A stretch of DNA of 64,000 bases. It comes from Callorhinchus milii. Its lineage: Eukaryota. Both the position numbers and the translations under genes were made by a program. The notes beneath the pieces were generated by a model. The model did not search any database. It was given only the letters and a program-made list of their open reading frames with translations, and was not told the origin of the DNA. Where the stretch lies: positions 70,558,001 to 70,622,000 of the forward strand of contig NW_024704742.1 in assembly GCF_018977255.1 (NCBI RefSeq), read 5' to 3'. Within the stretch, counting starts at the first letter, position 1. Every line of letters begins with the position of its first letter. Shown here piece by piece: positions 24,894-36,994 of this stretch.

Positions 24894-25705
24894 TTGCTTG
24901 CGCCAGTACCTGCACAACTCAGGCACTGGCAGCATCAGCATCCATGAATGCACACTCCACCTCATTACATTTAGACAAAGCCTTTCACGAACCTAGGCTT
25001 CTTGTTCAACCTCAATTGTCCCTTCTCCCCCACATCCATAGCATGACCCGCTCTGCCTTCCCCCACCTCCGCAACATCGCCCGACTCCGCCACTGCCTCT
25101 CCCCTCAGACCACCAAAACCCTCATACATGCCTTCATTACAACCAGGCTTCACTATGCCAACTCCCTGCTTGTGGGCCTTTCCAACTCTTCCCTCCACCA
25201 GCTGCAGATCATCCAGAACTCTGCAGCTTGTGTCCTCTTCCGCAACAGGCTCTGTGACCCCCATCACCATCACCCTGCCTGGCTCCACTGGCTCCCCATC
25301 CCTCAGAGAATCAAAATTATCGTCCTCCATGGCCTTGCCCCCTCTTACCTTTCTGACCTGCTAACTCCTTATGAAACTGTCCGCTCCCTCCGCTCAGCAG
25401 GCTCCGGCCTGCTCCATGTCCCCCGCCTGGCCCACCCCACCAATGACGGTTGGGCCTTCAGCCTGTCTGCCCCCTCCCTCTGGAATTCCATCCCACATTC
25501 CTTTCATCTCACTCCCTCCCTTGCCTCTTTCAAGGCACATCTCAAGACTCTCCTCTTCAACTGTGCCTTTGGCTACCCTCCTACTTTTTCTACCCTCCAC
25601 CCTCCCTGATCTCCCCCAACCCCACTCGGGTCTTAATTCCTGACTGTTCAGCACCTTGGGACATCCTCCCAACGTGAAAGCGCGTTACAAATTTAATTTT
25701 GTATT
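24894..25705 (+). mobile_element. L2 3' fragment
   Basis: RSAFPHLRNIARLRHCLSPQTTKTLIHAFITTRLHYANSLL..LHWLPIPQRIK..APSLWNSIP; 3' UTR and tail. Confidence 0.92.
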
Positions 25706-25739
25706 GTATTGGATTATTATTATCATTACCCCCTCATAG

Positions 25740-26050
25740 TCTGTAACCTCTCTCGCTGTGGATTTGGTTCACACATGAGGAAGCATTGCATAATAATAAA
25801 GGCTGAACCAAATTGGCCTTTAAGTGAGTTCAGTTCATTTGATTTAAGTGAATATCAAGTAAATTACATCCTAAGTGAATTAATGTGAAGTACTTCTGGT
25901 GCGTTGCATCATACTTATTCTCATCTGCTGTCCCCTGTCGTCCATCATCTCAGTTCACCGCGATTCATCAAGGTGAAGCGAGTTCACGGGAATCCAGTTA
26001 GCTACTGGTGACTAAATTTAAATGGACATGCAGTGCTTAAATCACACCAA
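25740..26050. promoter_or_regulatory. Candidate CNE with clustered nuclear-receptor half-sites
   Basis: AGTTCA(25952) N4 GATTCA N3 AGGTGA N4 AGTTCA(25981); repeated TAAGTGA motifs; unique DNA. Confidence 0.45.
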
Positions 26051-26087
26051 TTATTAATTAATAATCATAGTAATAATCCTTGCTTTG

Positions 26088-27442
26088 CAAACTATGCGGT
26101 TTTAGCTGGTTAGACTCCAGCAGTTACACTCAACTCACACTATGGGGTTCCCAAGCCTTGGCTTTTGCCAACCTGCACCTAATGCCATCTCCACTTTGTT
26201 GCCTCTAATGGTTTCTCCTCCAGCCCCCGCACTGTTACATCTGGCATCCCCCAGGACTCTGTCCTTGGCCCTCTCCTCTTTAATATCTACATACTCCCCC
26301 TTCGTGACATCATCCGCAGACATGGGGTCAACTTCCATATGTATGTGGATGACACCCAACTCTATCTTTCCGCCTCCACTCTCAACTCCAGGCCCATTGC
26401 TGTCCTGACAGAATGTCTGTCAGACATCAAGTCCTGGATGAGGACAAATTTCCTACAGTTGAATGTGAACAAGACTGAGGCCCTCCTGATTGGCTCACGC
26501 CAACACCTCAGCACCTCAGGTTCTGGCAGCATCAATCTTCATGGTTGCACACTTCAATTCACCAAATCAGTCAGGAACCTCGGTGTCTTGTTCAATCCTC
26601 AACTGTCTTTTCTTCCCCACGTCCAAGCCATGACCCGCTCTGCCTTCCCTCACCACCGTAACATCGCCTGACTCCGCCACTACCTCACCCCTCAGGCCGC
26701 TGAAACTCTTGTTCATGCCTTCATCACATCTAGGCTCGACTATGCAAATGCCCTGCGTGTTGGGCTTCCCAACTCCTCCCTCCACAGGCTGCAGATAATC
26801 CAGAACTCTGCAGCCCATGTTCTCTCCTGCACCAAACTCCGTGACCCCATCTCACCTATTCTCGCCCAACTCCATTGGCCCCCGATCCTTCAGAGGATCG
26901 ATTTCAAGATCCTAGTACTCACCTACAAGCCTCTCCATTGCCTCGCCCCACCCAACCTTTGCAACCTCCTAACCCCCTACCAACCCGCCGTTCCCTCCAC
27001 TCAGCCGGCTATGGCCTGCTCCATGTCCCCCGACCCATCTGCCTCACCATTGGCGGGGGAGCCTTCAGCCACTCTGCCCCCAATCTCTGGAATTCCATCC
27101 TCCAATCACTCCGTCTCGCCCCCTCCTTAGCCTCCTTCAGGTCCCGCCTCAAGACCCCCCTCTTCGACTATACGATCAGCCACCCCCCTTTCCCCTCCCC
27201 TCCCTTCTCTCCTCCTGATCGCTGCTCAGGTCTGAAATGCTGTACACTGTCCAGCGCCTTGGGACATCCTCCTGATGTGAAAGGCGCTATACAAATGTAA
27301 TCTTGTTGTTGATGTTATTGTAAGGTATTAGGTAAACAGGCTGTGTCCCTCCAGGGAGAGAGCGCACATTCCATTCCAACAATCTATCTCTGGGATTTCC
27401 ATGTGTAGGTGGGATACATGGAATCCTCAGCTTGGTTTGGAG
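26088..27442 (+). mobile_element. Retroposon family C split by L2 (halves 26088-26182 and 27326-27442)
   Basis: ..CCAACCTGCACCTAAT | L2 | ATTAGGTAAACAGGCTGTGTCCCTCCAGGG. Confidence 0.82.
26185..27322 (+). mobile_element. L2 LINE 3' 1.1 kb including RT motifs
   Basis: GIPQDSVLGPLLFNIY, HMYVDDTQLYL, FLQLNVNKTEALLIG, VRNLGVLF; (TTG)n tail. Confidence 0.95.
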
Positions 27443-27900
27443 TATAGGGGGAGGAGAGGGGAGGTGAGGTGAGCTTGTTTTCAGACTGTGCCAGTGACTT
27501 GCGCCACTAGGTGGTCTGTGTGTACAGATGCTGACGGGCGTGGTGCTGTGTTAATGAATGGGTCAGAGAGGTGGTTAGCCACAGGAGAGGGTGTGGACAT
27601 GCAGTGTCACAGGTCACAGGGCAACACCCAGCAAACTGTAACCTCACTGTAATGTTTGTTGTTTCTCAGGAACATAATACATTCACAATGTCTTCGCCCA
27701 AAGACTGTCCTGCTTTAAAAATAACTTGATTGTTGGTAAGATGTGTCTATTCAAAAAAGAGAAGGGAATTTTCTCTCCCAGTGTCCTGATCAAAATAAAC
27801 TGCAGATAAATTTGGCGTTTGCGAGGACTTTGATGCATGCAAAATGGAATTTACCTTCACAAAAAATACAACCTATCTTTATGAAGCTTTGAGACTATAC

Positions 27901-28256
27901 AATTAATAATAATATTTACATTTGATATGCCTTTAACTACAAGTGGAAGTCTCAAAGCGCTTCACAGAAAAGTACTTTGAGACTTTCTCCTGTGTTCTCT
28001 AGGTGAACGCGGCAGCCAATTGTTGCACAACAAAATGCCGCAAGCAGCCATGAAATGAATGGCTGATTTTATCTGAGGGATTGTTGGCCAGGACACTCCC
28101 TTCTCCTTTTGAATAGCGCGGGATCTTTAACGTCCACCTGAATAGGGCACAGACCTGTAGCTCAGTTTAACGTCTCATCTGAAGGACAGCACCTTGAACA
28201 AGCAACGCTCCTCTCATCACTGCATTGGAATGTCAGCCTGGTCAATGAGCTCAAAG
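27901..28256 (-). mobile_element. SINE family B
   Basis: Deu body and tail on the reverse strand. Confidence 0.8.
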
Positions 28257-28260
28257 ATGA

Positions 28261-28640
28261 GTGGATTCCTGTAGTATATTGGTCAGAGCACTTGCCTCAC
28301 AAGCAAGAGAACCTGGGTTTGATTCCCAGGCTGGGCGAAGCATTAGGCAAGTTTCCCTACTCCACACGCCTCTGTTTACCTAGCAGTGAATAGGAACCCA
28401 GTTGTTAGTTGATAGGTGGATCGTTTCTCTGGGGATAATAATCTGTTCAAAAAAAAATAGTAATTTGATCACTCAAACCACAACTGTTTGTGGGACGCTC
28501 CTGTGCGCAATTGGCTTCCGTGTTTCGCCCACAAATATACAGTCAATTCATTTTACAGTAGATTCTGTGAAACGCTTTGAGACATCTTCAAGACATGATA
28601 AGGCGCTATATCAACTGCAAGGATTATTATCATATTATTA
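28261..28640 (+). mobile_element. SINE family A, full length
   Basis: All modules present; inserted near the head of the minus-strand SINE B, whose head remnant is at about 28645-28718. Confidence 0.9.
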
Positions 28641-28719
28641 TAAAGATCCGACTTGGGAGGGATTGAACCCACATTGGACTCTGCGGTGAGACGGGTTATC
28701 GACCGAGCCAGACTGACAC

Positions 28720-29260
28720 GTGGATAACCTATATATTCATCCAGTAATGAATAATCCTCCCTTGTTCCCGCTTTCCTCATGCCCCATTCGCTTTTCGCTG
28801 CCTTTAAATCGTGCCTGGTTCCAGGTCGTTTGGCGTCACCATCTGACGTGTCCCCCTTGCTCTCTAATAGTGGCCTAATGTTGCGAGCAGGTCTTCTCCC
28901 CTTGATGGGCTACGCTTCCTCACTCACCAAAGCAGAGGCTCCACGTGGGATATATTATCCCGAGCTCAGAGCTGGCATCAGATTCCTCAGCTCCCATTAT
29001 CTGGCGAGTGGGTCCGCATTTGCCAATTAAAGGGCTGCGGTTGGATGTTCATTGCACCTGGAATCTATTTGCCAAGTGAAAGAGCAGAGCTTGTCACCAC
29101 TTCATTACCTGTTGGAGGCCAATCAAGTTGTAACGCAGCCAAATGACTCAGAGTTGGACACAATTGAAAGGAGTAAAGGCTTGGAGCATAAATCATTGCA
29201 AATAACAAGTTCCTCAATAAATAACTGAGTTTACTATCTATCGGAAATCTTTAATCAATG
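28720..29260. promoter_or_regulatory. Candidate CNE/enhancer
   Basis: About 540 bp unique and CpG-retaining; TGACGT, CCAATTAA, CCAAT, AP-1 TGACTCA (29144-29150), CATAAATCA. Confidence 0.55.
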
Positions 29261-29266
29261 CATATT

Positions 29267-29488
29267 GTGGAGTCCTATAGCATATTGGTTAGAATACTCG
29301 CCTTGCAAGCGAGAAGACCCGGGCAGGACAAAACCTTTGTGGGACACTGCTGTGCACAATTCGCTGCCACATTTCAGCCACAAAATATACAGTCAATTCA
29401 CTTTACAGTATATTCTGTGAAACGCTTTGAGACATCTTAACAACATGATAAGGCGCTATATCAAATGCAAGGATTATTATTATTTATT
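29267..29488 (+). mobile_element. SINE family A, internally deleted
   Basis: Head fused directly to the Deu-like 3' part and tail. Confidence 0.85.
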
Positions 29489-29689
29489 ATGAAATGCTGC
29501 ACATCTGGATCTACATCTGAACCACCCACATTGACAGTGTTCAGCATCGGAGCCAAAGAGAGCAAAAGTCTCTGTGTTGGTGAACATGTGCAGAGGGAGG
29601 GTGGGGCAAGCGATTGAGACGTCTCTATGACATGATAAGGCGTTATATCAATGCAAGAATTATTATTATTGTATCTTTTCAACAAGCCT

Positions 29690-30125
29690 CTTAAATTATG
29701 AGGACAGGTTGCCTAAACATGGCTTGTATTCCTTTAAGTTTAGAAGGTTGAGGGATGATCTGACTGAGGTGTTTAAAATGATAAAAGGATTTGATAGGGT
29801 AGCTATAGAGAAACTATTTCCTCTGGTGAGGGAATCCAGAAAAAAGTGGCATAATCTTAAAATTAGAGCTAAGCCATTTAGGAGTGAGATCAGGAGGACG
29901 TTTCTTACCCAAAGGGTGAAGTCAGGAAGTCTCTCCCCCATAAGGCTGAGGATGCTGGAACCATTCACATTTTCAAGATTGAAGTGGGTACATGTTTGTT
30001 ATGATAAGGATATCAAGGGATATGGGGCAATGACTGGTAAATGGAATTGAAGTACAGATCAGTCATGATCTAATAGAATGGTTGAACAAGCTCGAGGGGC
30101 TGAATGGCCTATTCCTGTTCCAGTA
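29690..30125 (+). mobile_element. CR1 3' end (second subfamily)
   Basis: GLYSFKFRRLRDDLTEVFKMIKGFDRV..HNLKIRAKPFR; ends GGCTGAATGGCCTATTCCTGTTCC. Confidence 0.9.
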
Positions 30126-30334
30126 TTTTCTCTCTCCCTCTCGCTCTCTCTCATTTCAACTCACTTATTCTCGCCTCTCAGCCTGGTTCGGTTGGTAGCC
30201 CTCCTTGCTCTGGAGATAGAAGTTTGTGAGTTTAAACCCCTCAGTCAGGATCTCTGAACTCACAGTCTAGGCTGACGCTCCAGTGAGGTGCTGGGTTGAG
30301 AGGTGGGAGGCAGCACCACATTGTCAGAGGTGCC

Positions 30335-30963
30335 ACATGTATGTGGATGAGACGCAACTCTATCTCTCTGTTTCCACCCTCAACTCCACCCACTGCTGTC
30401 CTGATGGAATATTTTCAGACATCAAGTCCTGGATGAGAGCTAACTTTCTACAGTTGAACATCAACAAGACTGAGGCTCTCCTGATTGGCTTCCGTCAGCG
30501 CCTCCACACCTCAGGCACTGACAGCATCACCGTCCATGGATACACACTCCACCTTACTAAGCCAGTCCAGAACCTTGGGGTCTTGTTTGCCCCTCAACGG
30601 TCCTTTAAACCACAATTAATTCCTTTCCCCCTCTCTTTCCTTTATCTATCGAGTTTGTTTGTACCCTGGAATGAATCGTCGCCTCTCAGCTTTGCTCTTT
30701 ACTCTGTCAACACTCCCCTGAATCTGGTTTCCACCATGTTCACAGCTCTGGTCAAAGTTACTAATATTCTCTTTGTCTGTGATCTGTCTCTCTCTCCACT
30801 CTTGTGTCCTTGTGCCTTTGACCTCTCTCCTGCCTTTGATACAATCAACCATTCTATCCTTCTCTACCATCTTTCCTCTCTGCTCCATCTTTTCTTTCTT
30901 TCTTTGCGTCTTGCGTCTCCTCCCGACGTGAAAGGCTCTATACAAATGTAATCTTGTTGTTGT
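30335..30963 (+). mobile_element. Rearranged L2 fragments
   Basis: HMYVDETQLYL..NLGVLF (30335-30610) lies before the normally upstream TALVKVTN..DLSPAFDTINHSILL (30720-30890); L2 tail at 30915-30963; preceded by a SINE B head (30178-30335). Confidence 0.8.
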
Positions 30964-31599
30964 CTTCCTTTCTTTCTCTCTTTTTCTATTTCTCTCTTTC
31001 TATTTCTCTCTCTTCTATCTTCCTTCCTTTTCCTCTCTCTCTCTGTTGTTTTCTATCGAGTGCCTTTGTACGCCACTTGGGACTGGGAATGTGAGTGCTG
31101 TAAAACTCCACATCAGCTCTGAGAGCCTCTGCTTCCCAAGATGAGTCTTTTTAATGAATCTGCAATTTGATGGTTTCATCATAAGAAATTAATGTAGGGA
31201 AAAAAAATTAACTTTTTATTCCACTAAAGCTACAGATACATCACCATCCAAAGTGACTTAATAGACTGGATCCAGGCCACAAAATGATTATTTTCCTAAT
31301 GATCACAACATACAAGAGCAGTACACACGAACTCCATCACCCATACTCCACTATTAAACATATTAGTGAGTTATCTGTCTAATAAACACTCCAGCGCAGG
31401 GGTGGGGGGAGCCCTGCATTGTTGGAGGTGCCACTGTTTGGATGAGATGAGATGTGTCAGCCTGGCTCAGTCGTAACACGCTTGCCTCTGAGTCAGAAGG
31501 TTGTGGGTTCATGCCCCACATGCGTTTGAGAGAGAGAAAGAGACCAGGGAAGTTGACGAGTGAGAAGAAATTGGCAGAGCGAAGGAGGAAGGCCCTGAC

Positions 31600-32770
31600 T
31601 TGTCCAGACCTGTAATCCCACATATATTTACCACCTACACATGGAAATTCCCATGTATTGGAATGGAATGTGCCCTCTCTCCCTGGAGGGACACATCCTG
31701 CTGACCTAATACCAGAGAGTATTAGGAGCAGATTGGTAAGAGCCAAGGCTTGGGAACCCCAGAGTGTGTATTGGGGTAACTGCTAGAGTCTAACCAGCTA
31801 AAGACACATAGCTTGCCATGGAGAGCATTGTGTGGTGTGATAGACATCATCTGTTACCTGATCCATATGCGGTGGGGGATACGGAATTGGTGGTGATGGT
31901 GGGAGGATGGTAGGCGCGCACATAGGTAATGTTGGCGAGTGCGGGAGGCGAGAGAGGAGGGAGGCCTGAGGCCTTGACGCTCTGGCCGCACATGGGGATT
32001 GATTTTCTGCCAAAAGTGAGCAGGGGTCACGTGAGGGAAGTCTGATTGGTTGGTTAGTTGCCCACAGTTGATGGGGAGGAGGTTCTGACAGTTTTTTGGT
32101 CTGTAAGTGGTAAGTCAGTTGGTGGTGGGGTGGGGGTGAGGTGAGGGTGGGTTGAAGTGAGGGTGAGGGTGGGGTGGGTTGAGTGTGGGGTGAGGTTGGG
32201 GTGGATGAGGTTGGGTGAGGTGAAGTGAGGGTGAGGTGGGGGTGAGGGTGGGGTGGGTGAGGTGAGGATGGGGTGAGATGGAGTGAGGGTGAGGTGAGGT
32301 GGGGTTGAGGTGGGGTGGGGTGAGGGTGTGATGAAGGTGGGGTAAGTGTGGGGTGAGGTAAGGGTGGGGTGAGGGTGGAATGAGGTGAGGGTGGGGTGAG
32401 GTGAAGTGAGGATGAGATGGGGTGAGGGTGGGGTATGGTGAGGATTGGGATAAATGTTGGGTGTTGAATTGGTTGATAAGCTAATAGTTTTGTAGTTGAT
32501 ATAGAACTTGGGTCAGTATAGAGCAAAGGTGCTTGTGTTTGGTGTTAGTGTTGTGAGGTCTTGTATTGTAAGGTGTTAGTGTGGAATTGCTGAGGTTATG
32601 ACAAGACAATATTAAAATTAAATATTTACTTTGATCAAAGTACTTTATGTGAGTGTAAACAGAGGCCACCCGAGAAGGTGCATACCGTCACACTGGCAAG
32701 CTTGTGCAGCTAGGTGGCCTTTGCTTGGAGGTTTAATGGGAGCTGAGTGGGATAATTCTTTGCCCAGTGT
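31600..32770 (-). mobile_element. Retroposon family C split by an 860-bp insertion
   Basis: Family C runs to ..GCCATGGAGAGCATTG (31830) and resumes CTGGCAAGCTT..GGAGCTGAGTGGG after about 32691. Confidence 0.8.
31831..32690. mobile_element. Putative solo LTR or other TG..CA-bounded insertion
   Basis: Starts TG and ends CA; flanked by CATTG/CACTG; contains CACGTG and ATTGG boxes and a degenerate (GGGTGA)n tract at 32120-32435. Confidence 0.55.
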
Positions 32771-32811
32771 CCCACTGAATGCTTAATTTAACTGTTTAGG
32801 AACTTAACATA

Positions 32812-33168
32812 TAGCTAGGCTTCCCTCCCGACCTCTCTGACCTCCTCTCTCCTCACAACAGTGCCCGTTGCCTTCGTTCCACCGGGTCTGGCCTCCTCCT
32901 CGTCCCCTGAATCCTCCGCTCCACCCTCAGCGGCCGTGCCTTCAGCCACTATGCCCTGAGGCTCTGGAACTCCCTTCCTCACTCCCTTTGCCTCGCCCTC
33001 TCTTCCCACTTTCAGGTCTCAGCTGAAGATCTTTCTTTTCGACCGCGCCTTCGGTCACCTTCCTCCCCCTCCCCCTGGCTCGGCCCCGGGATCCGTAACT
33101 GTGAAGCGCTCTGAGACGCCATCCAGCGTGGAGGGCGCTATATAAATTCAAGTTGTTGTTGTTGTTGC
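32812..33168 (+). mobile_element. L2 3' fragment (second subfamily)
   Basis: AFSHYALRLWNSLPHSLCLALSLPTFRSQLKIFLFDRAF; ends ATAAATTCAAG(TTG)n. Confidence 0.88.
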
Positions 33169-33619
33169 TCTAGGAAGAACAACAGCATCTTACAGTTATA
33201 CAGAGCCCTTTGTGTAAAGATTTAGAATAATGACTCGGAGTGTGTCTTCATTGTGGGACAGATCTGTGCGGGGGGGAGGGGGCAGACAGGAAACAGGGAG
33301 GTGTCCATAGGTGGAGTCATGGAAGTAAGTTTAAAGGTGATTACACAGAGAGGTGGTGGGTGAGGGGTGGGGGAGCAGAGAGCTGGGGAGGGAAAGAAAG
33401 CAGCCTCTTTGAAAGAAAAAAAAGAGTAGGTGAGAGAGATTGAATTATACATTTATCAGCCGAGCACTTAAGTGGCATCAGAATTCGAGACCCATCGTTC
33501 TGTTCTGAGAGGCCGTGGTTTTATAATTTATGTTTTAAATGGTAATTAGACCCGCTGAGAGGGGCTCAAGGAACTTTGAAGGAACTGTGATTTGCTGAAG
33601 GAATAGGCACAGACCCCAT

Positions 33620-34048
33620 GTGTCAGCCTGACTCGGTGGGTAGAGCTCGCATTCAGAGGGTTGTGGATTCAAAGCTCCACATCAGGACTTGGAATCACAT
33701 AGTCTAAGCTGACACTCCAATGCAGTGCTGGGGGGCTGTTGCCTTGTCGGAGGTGCCGGCCTTCAGATGAGACGCTAAACCGAGTCCCGTCTTTTTGTTC
33801 GGGTGGATGTTAAAGATCCCATGGCGCTATTCGAAAAGAGAAGGGAGTTTCTCCTGGTGTCGTGGCCAATAATCCCCCAGATACAATCAATCACTCACTC
33901 CATGGCTGTTTGAGGGGCATTGCTGTGCACAAACTGGTTGCTGCGTTTTGCCCACAAAATACATTCAATCCACTTTACAGTGTACTCTGTGAAGTGCTTT
34001 GGGATAAATCGATGATGTGATAAGGTGCTCTATCAAATGCAAGGATTA
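33620..34048 (+). mobile_element. SINE family B, full length
   Basis: tRNA-like head, GTCGGAGGTGCCGGCCTTCAGATGAGACG..GGTGGATGTTAAAGATCCCATGGC (Deu domain), tail. Confidence 0.9.
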
Positions 34049-34346
34049 GGGGGGAATTTGCGTCATTTTGTAATTAAAACAAGAAGACTACGTAGACTTC
34101 ACACCAATAAGGTACGTCCCGTCCTTTGCTAGAAAGAGCCAAGGATCTCTCTGAGTTAAAGTTTTGTGGTCTTGCCCTCTCCCCCCCTCCCCCCCAGAGA
34201 ATCCTCACTCCACCCTTCCTCCCTCTGCATGTATTCACTAACACCATCAGGAGAAAGATAGATGCTTCCTCTCCTTGGCTCCAACGCTTAACACTGTCAA
34301 CGTGGGTGGTTCAGCTGTCAATGCAGATGTGCAGCATTTCATAATA

Positions 34347-34720
34347 TTAATAATTCTTGCATTTGATATAGTGGCTTATCACAGCCTTCAGATGTCTCAA
34401 AGAGCTTGATAGAAAATACTGTAAAGTGTAGTGACTGTTTATTTTGTTGGCAAATGCGACAGCCGATTTGCACACAGCAATGTCGCACAAACAACAATAA
34501 AGTGGCCACCTGATTTTATCTGTGAGATTGTTGATCAGGACAACAGGAGAGGGAAACGCCCTTCTCTTTTCCAACAGGATCTTTAACATTTACCTGGACA
34601 CAGATAAGGGGCTCGATTTAACTTCTCATCCAATGACGACAATGCATTGTTCCCGCAGCATTGAACTGGAGCATCAGCCTGGACTGTGAGCTCAAAGTCC
34701 TGATGTGGGGCTTGAACCCT
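34347..34720 (-). mobile_element. SINE family B
   Basis: Deu body on the reverse strand. Confidence 0.82.
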
Positions 34721-35130
34721 AACAGATAGGGTAGTCCTAGCTGGAAAACCAGTGGAAAGCTGCTTGTCCTGCTCTCAATGGCAAGCTATGTGGTTTTAGC
34801 TGGTTAGACTTCAGGAGTTACCCCAATATACACTCTGGGGTCCCCAAGCCTTGGCTCTCACCAACCAGCGCCTAATATTTTCTGGAATTAGGTAAGCAGG
34901 ATGTGTCCCTCCAGGGAGAGAGCGCACATTCCATTCCAACCATCTATCTCTGGGATTTCCATGTGTTGGTGGGATACATGGAATCCTCAGCTTGGTTTGG
35001 ATACTGTTAAGTATGGTTTACACCTGGCTGACCTCTCAAAAAAATCCAAACACAGGGAAATTTCCATGTATAGGTGATGTATATATTGGAACGCTCAGTC
35101 TGGTTTGGAGACTCTTAAGCACAGTGGGGT
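34715..35130 (+). mobile_element. Retroposon family C, with a second 3' fragment at 35045-35130
   Basis: Well-preserved body TTTTAGCTGGTTAGAC..CCCCAAGCCTTGGCTC..CCCTCCAGGGAGAGAGCGCACATTCCATTCC. Confidence 0.85.
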
Positions 35131-35138
35131 TGTGTGTA

Positions 35139-35172
<34 letters not shown>

Positions 35173-35604
35173 TGTGAGACAGGGAGAGGGAGAGAGAGTG
35201 TGTGTTTCTGTGAGAGAGAGAGAAACCAGGTAGAACATCCCTCCAGAACACCCACCGTCCCCCGATCATAGCACAGAGCTGTTTAAATGTGTCCTAGCCT
35301 CAACCCCCCCCTTCCTGATAACCTTTTCCGGTCGTTATTTACCCTCTGGGTAAAGACCACTTGGTTCCTATTAGAGACAAGTGGGATGTTCACTTATGGA
35401 CCATAATTCACAGACAGAGAACGACTGAGATAAAGGCTGACAGACAAAGAGACAGAAAGTATGACTGAGACAGACAGACAGACAGACAAGGGAAGATGGA
35501 GAATGAGAGAAAGAGAAAACAATTGTAAGAGAGAAGGAAAGAGTGAGCGAGAGAGCCAGAGAGAGCGAGAGACAGCCAGAGAGATGCAGGGGGGGGGGGG
35601 GAGT

Positions 35605-35885
35605 TCAAAATTAAAAGCAAGTTAACAAAATCATTTAAGCGTAGTGTAACAAATGCTGATGAATGCGATCCATATGCCGCCAATAAAAATGCAAACTGAC
35701 ATAAGCATCTAACAGCTCCTTAATCCATAAACAAATAAATTAAAATGAACACAGACACGGCTTTAATGAGGGGGGTGCGAGGCATCCCACAAAACGCCTC
35801 GTTACGAAGCTCGTCTGCCTAAAAAATGTCACCGTCCTTTACAGTGTTTAAAAGCAACCAGCTGGCGAGATTGGATTATATATCA
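35605..35885. promoter_or_regulatory. Candidate CNE
   Basis: Unique; CAATAAAA, CCATAAA, TAATCC, GGATTA and TGACAT motifs with retained CpGs. Confidence 0.45.
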
Positions 35886-36270
35886 CTGCCTGCCGCCTCT
35901 CTCTCTCCTTCTCCACCCCACCCCCCCACATTCTTCGCTCCCCCCCCACCCTCTCCTCACAGGTCTCTTAACTGCGCAGGAGAATGTGTTTCCTTCGTGT
36001 AGATACCAGATGGAAATTCGTTCCCCCCCCTCCACCCACCCACACACACACAGACACACAGCCCCCTCCTCGAGTCTTGAGAACGCTCTGCACATCTGTT
36101 GAGCCCAGCTGCTTAATGAGTACACACTAAAGCGTGGCTAAACAGACACTGCATTAATAGTGCAGAGCGAACGGGCGGGGGGTGGGGGGGCAGAGATGGA
36201 GAGAGGAGAGAGAAGGATGCATGATTCTTGTCCATTGGAAAATCTCCGCTGTTCGTGTTGTAAATTGTTA

Positions 36271-36558
36271 ATAATAATAAGTTATATGACAATAATCTTT
36301 GTATTTGATACAGCACCTTTTCATGACATTGAGGCATCTCAAAGCGCTTCAAAGGGTACACTGTAAAGTGAATTGACTGTGTATTTTGTGGGTGTAACCT
36401 CTGGAAATCGATCCGCTAATCTACTAATAACTGGGTTCTTAATTATTGCTGGATAAACAGAGGCGTGCGGAGTAAGGAAATTTACCTGAGGTTTTTTCCT
36501 GTCCGGGAATCGAATATGTATCCTCTTACTTACTCTAACCAATACACTACAGGACCCC
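36271..36558 (-). mobile_element. SINE family A (deleted)
   Basis: Tail, CORE-like block and head are recognisable. Confidence 0.82.
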
Positions 36559-36994
36559 TATGTAATTTGTTAGTGGGACGTCCTCCCGACGTGAAAGGCG
36601 CTCTATAAATGGAATCTTGTTGTTGTTGTTGTTGTTTCCCACTTGCAGCCAAGTCGCAGATGAATTCACAGACCATGGAGTGGCTGCTAGAGGGAAGGGA
36701 ATTGACCAAATGCTCAGACTTTCACGCTTTCATGGCACCACCTGGATCTACCCTTGATTTTCCACAGCCACTCTGAGGAAATGTTACACCCATTTTATTT
36801 CATGGAAATTTGGGTGAGGACCAGCTCTTGGTGGACGGGCAATGACCAAATTTCCATTCCTCATTACGTCACTGTATTGTAACTCCCACTCTGCCTCAGC
36901 ACAGAGAGTGACGGGAAGAGAGCCCCAGCGGGAGGGATTAGGCAGAGTGGAGAGCAAAAGGGTGGGCTGATTCGATGGGCTGTAGCTAAGCCCC

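Noticed and set aside
24821..25609. 262-aa protein-coding gene
   Set aside because: Chimeric read-through of a SINE tail and an L2 C-terminal fragment.
32120..32435. Interstitial telomeric repeat
   Set aside because: Units are degenerate GGGTGA/GAGGT, not TTAGGG.
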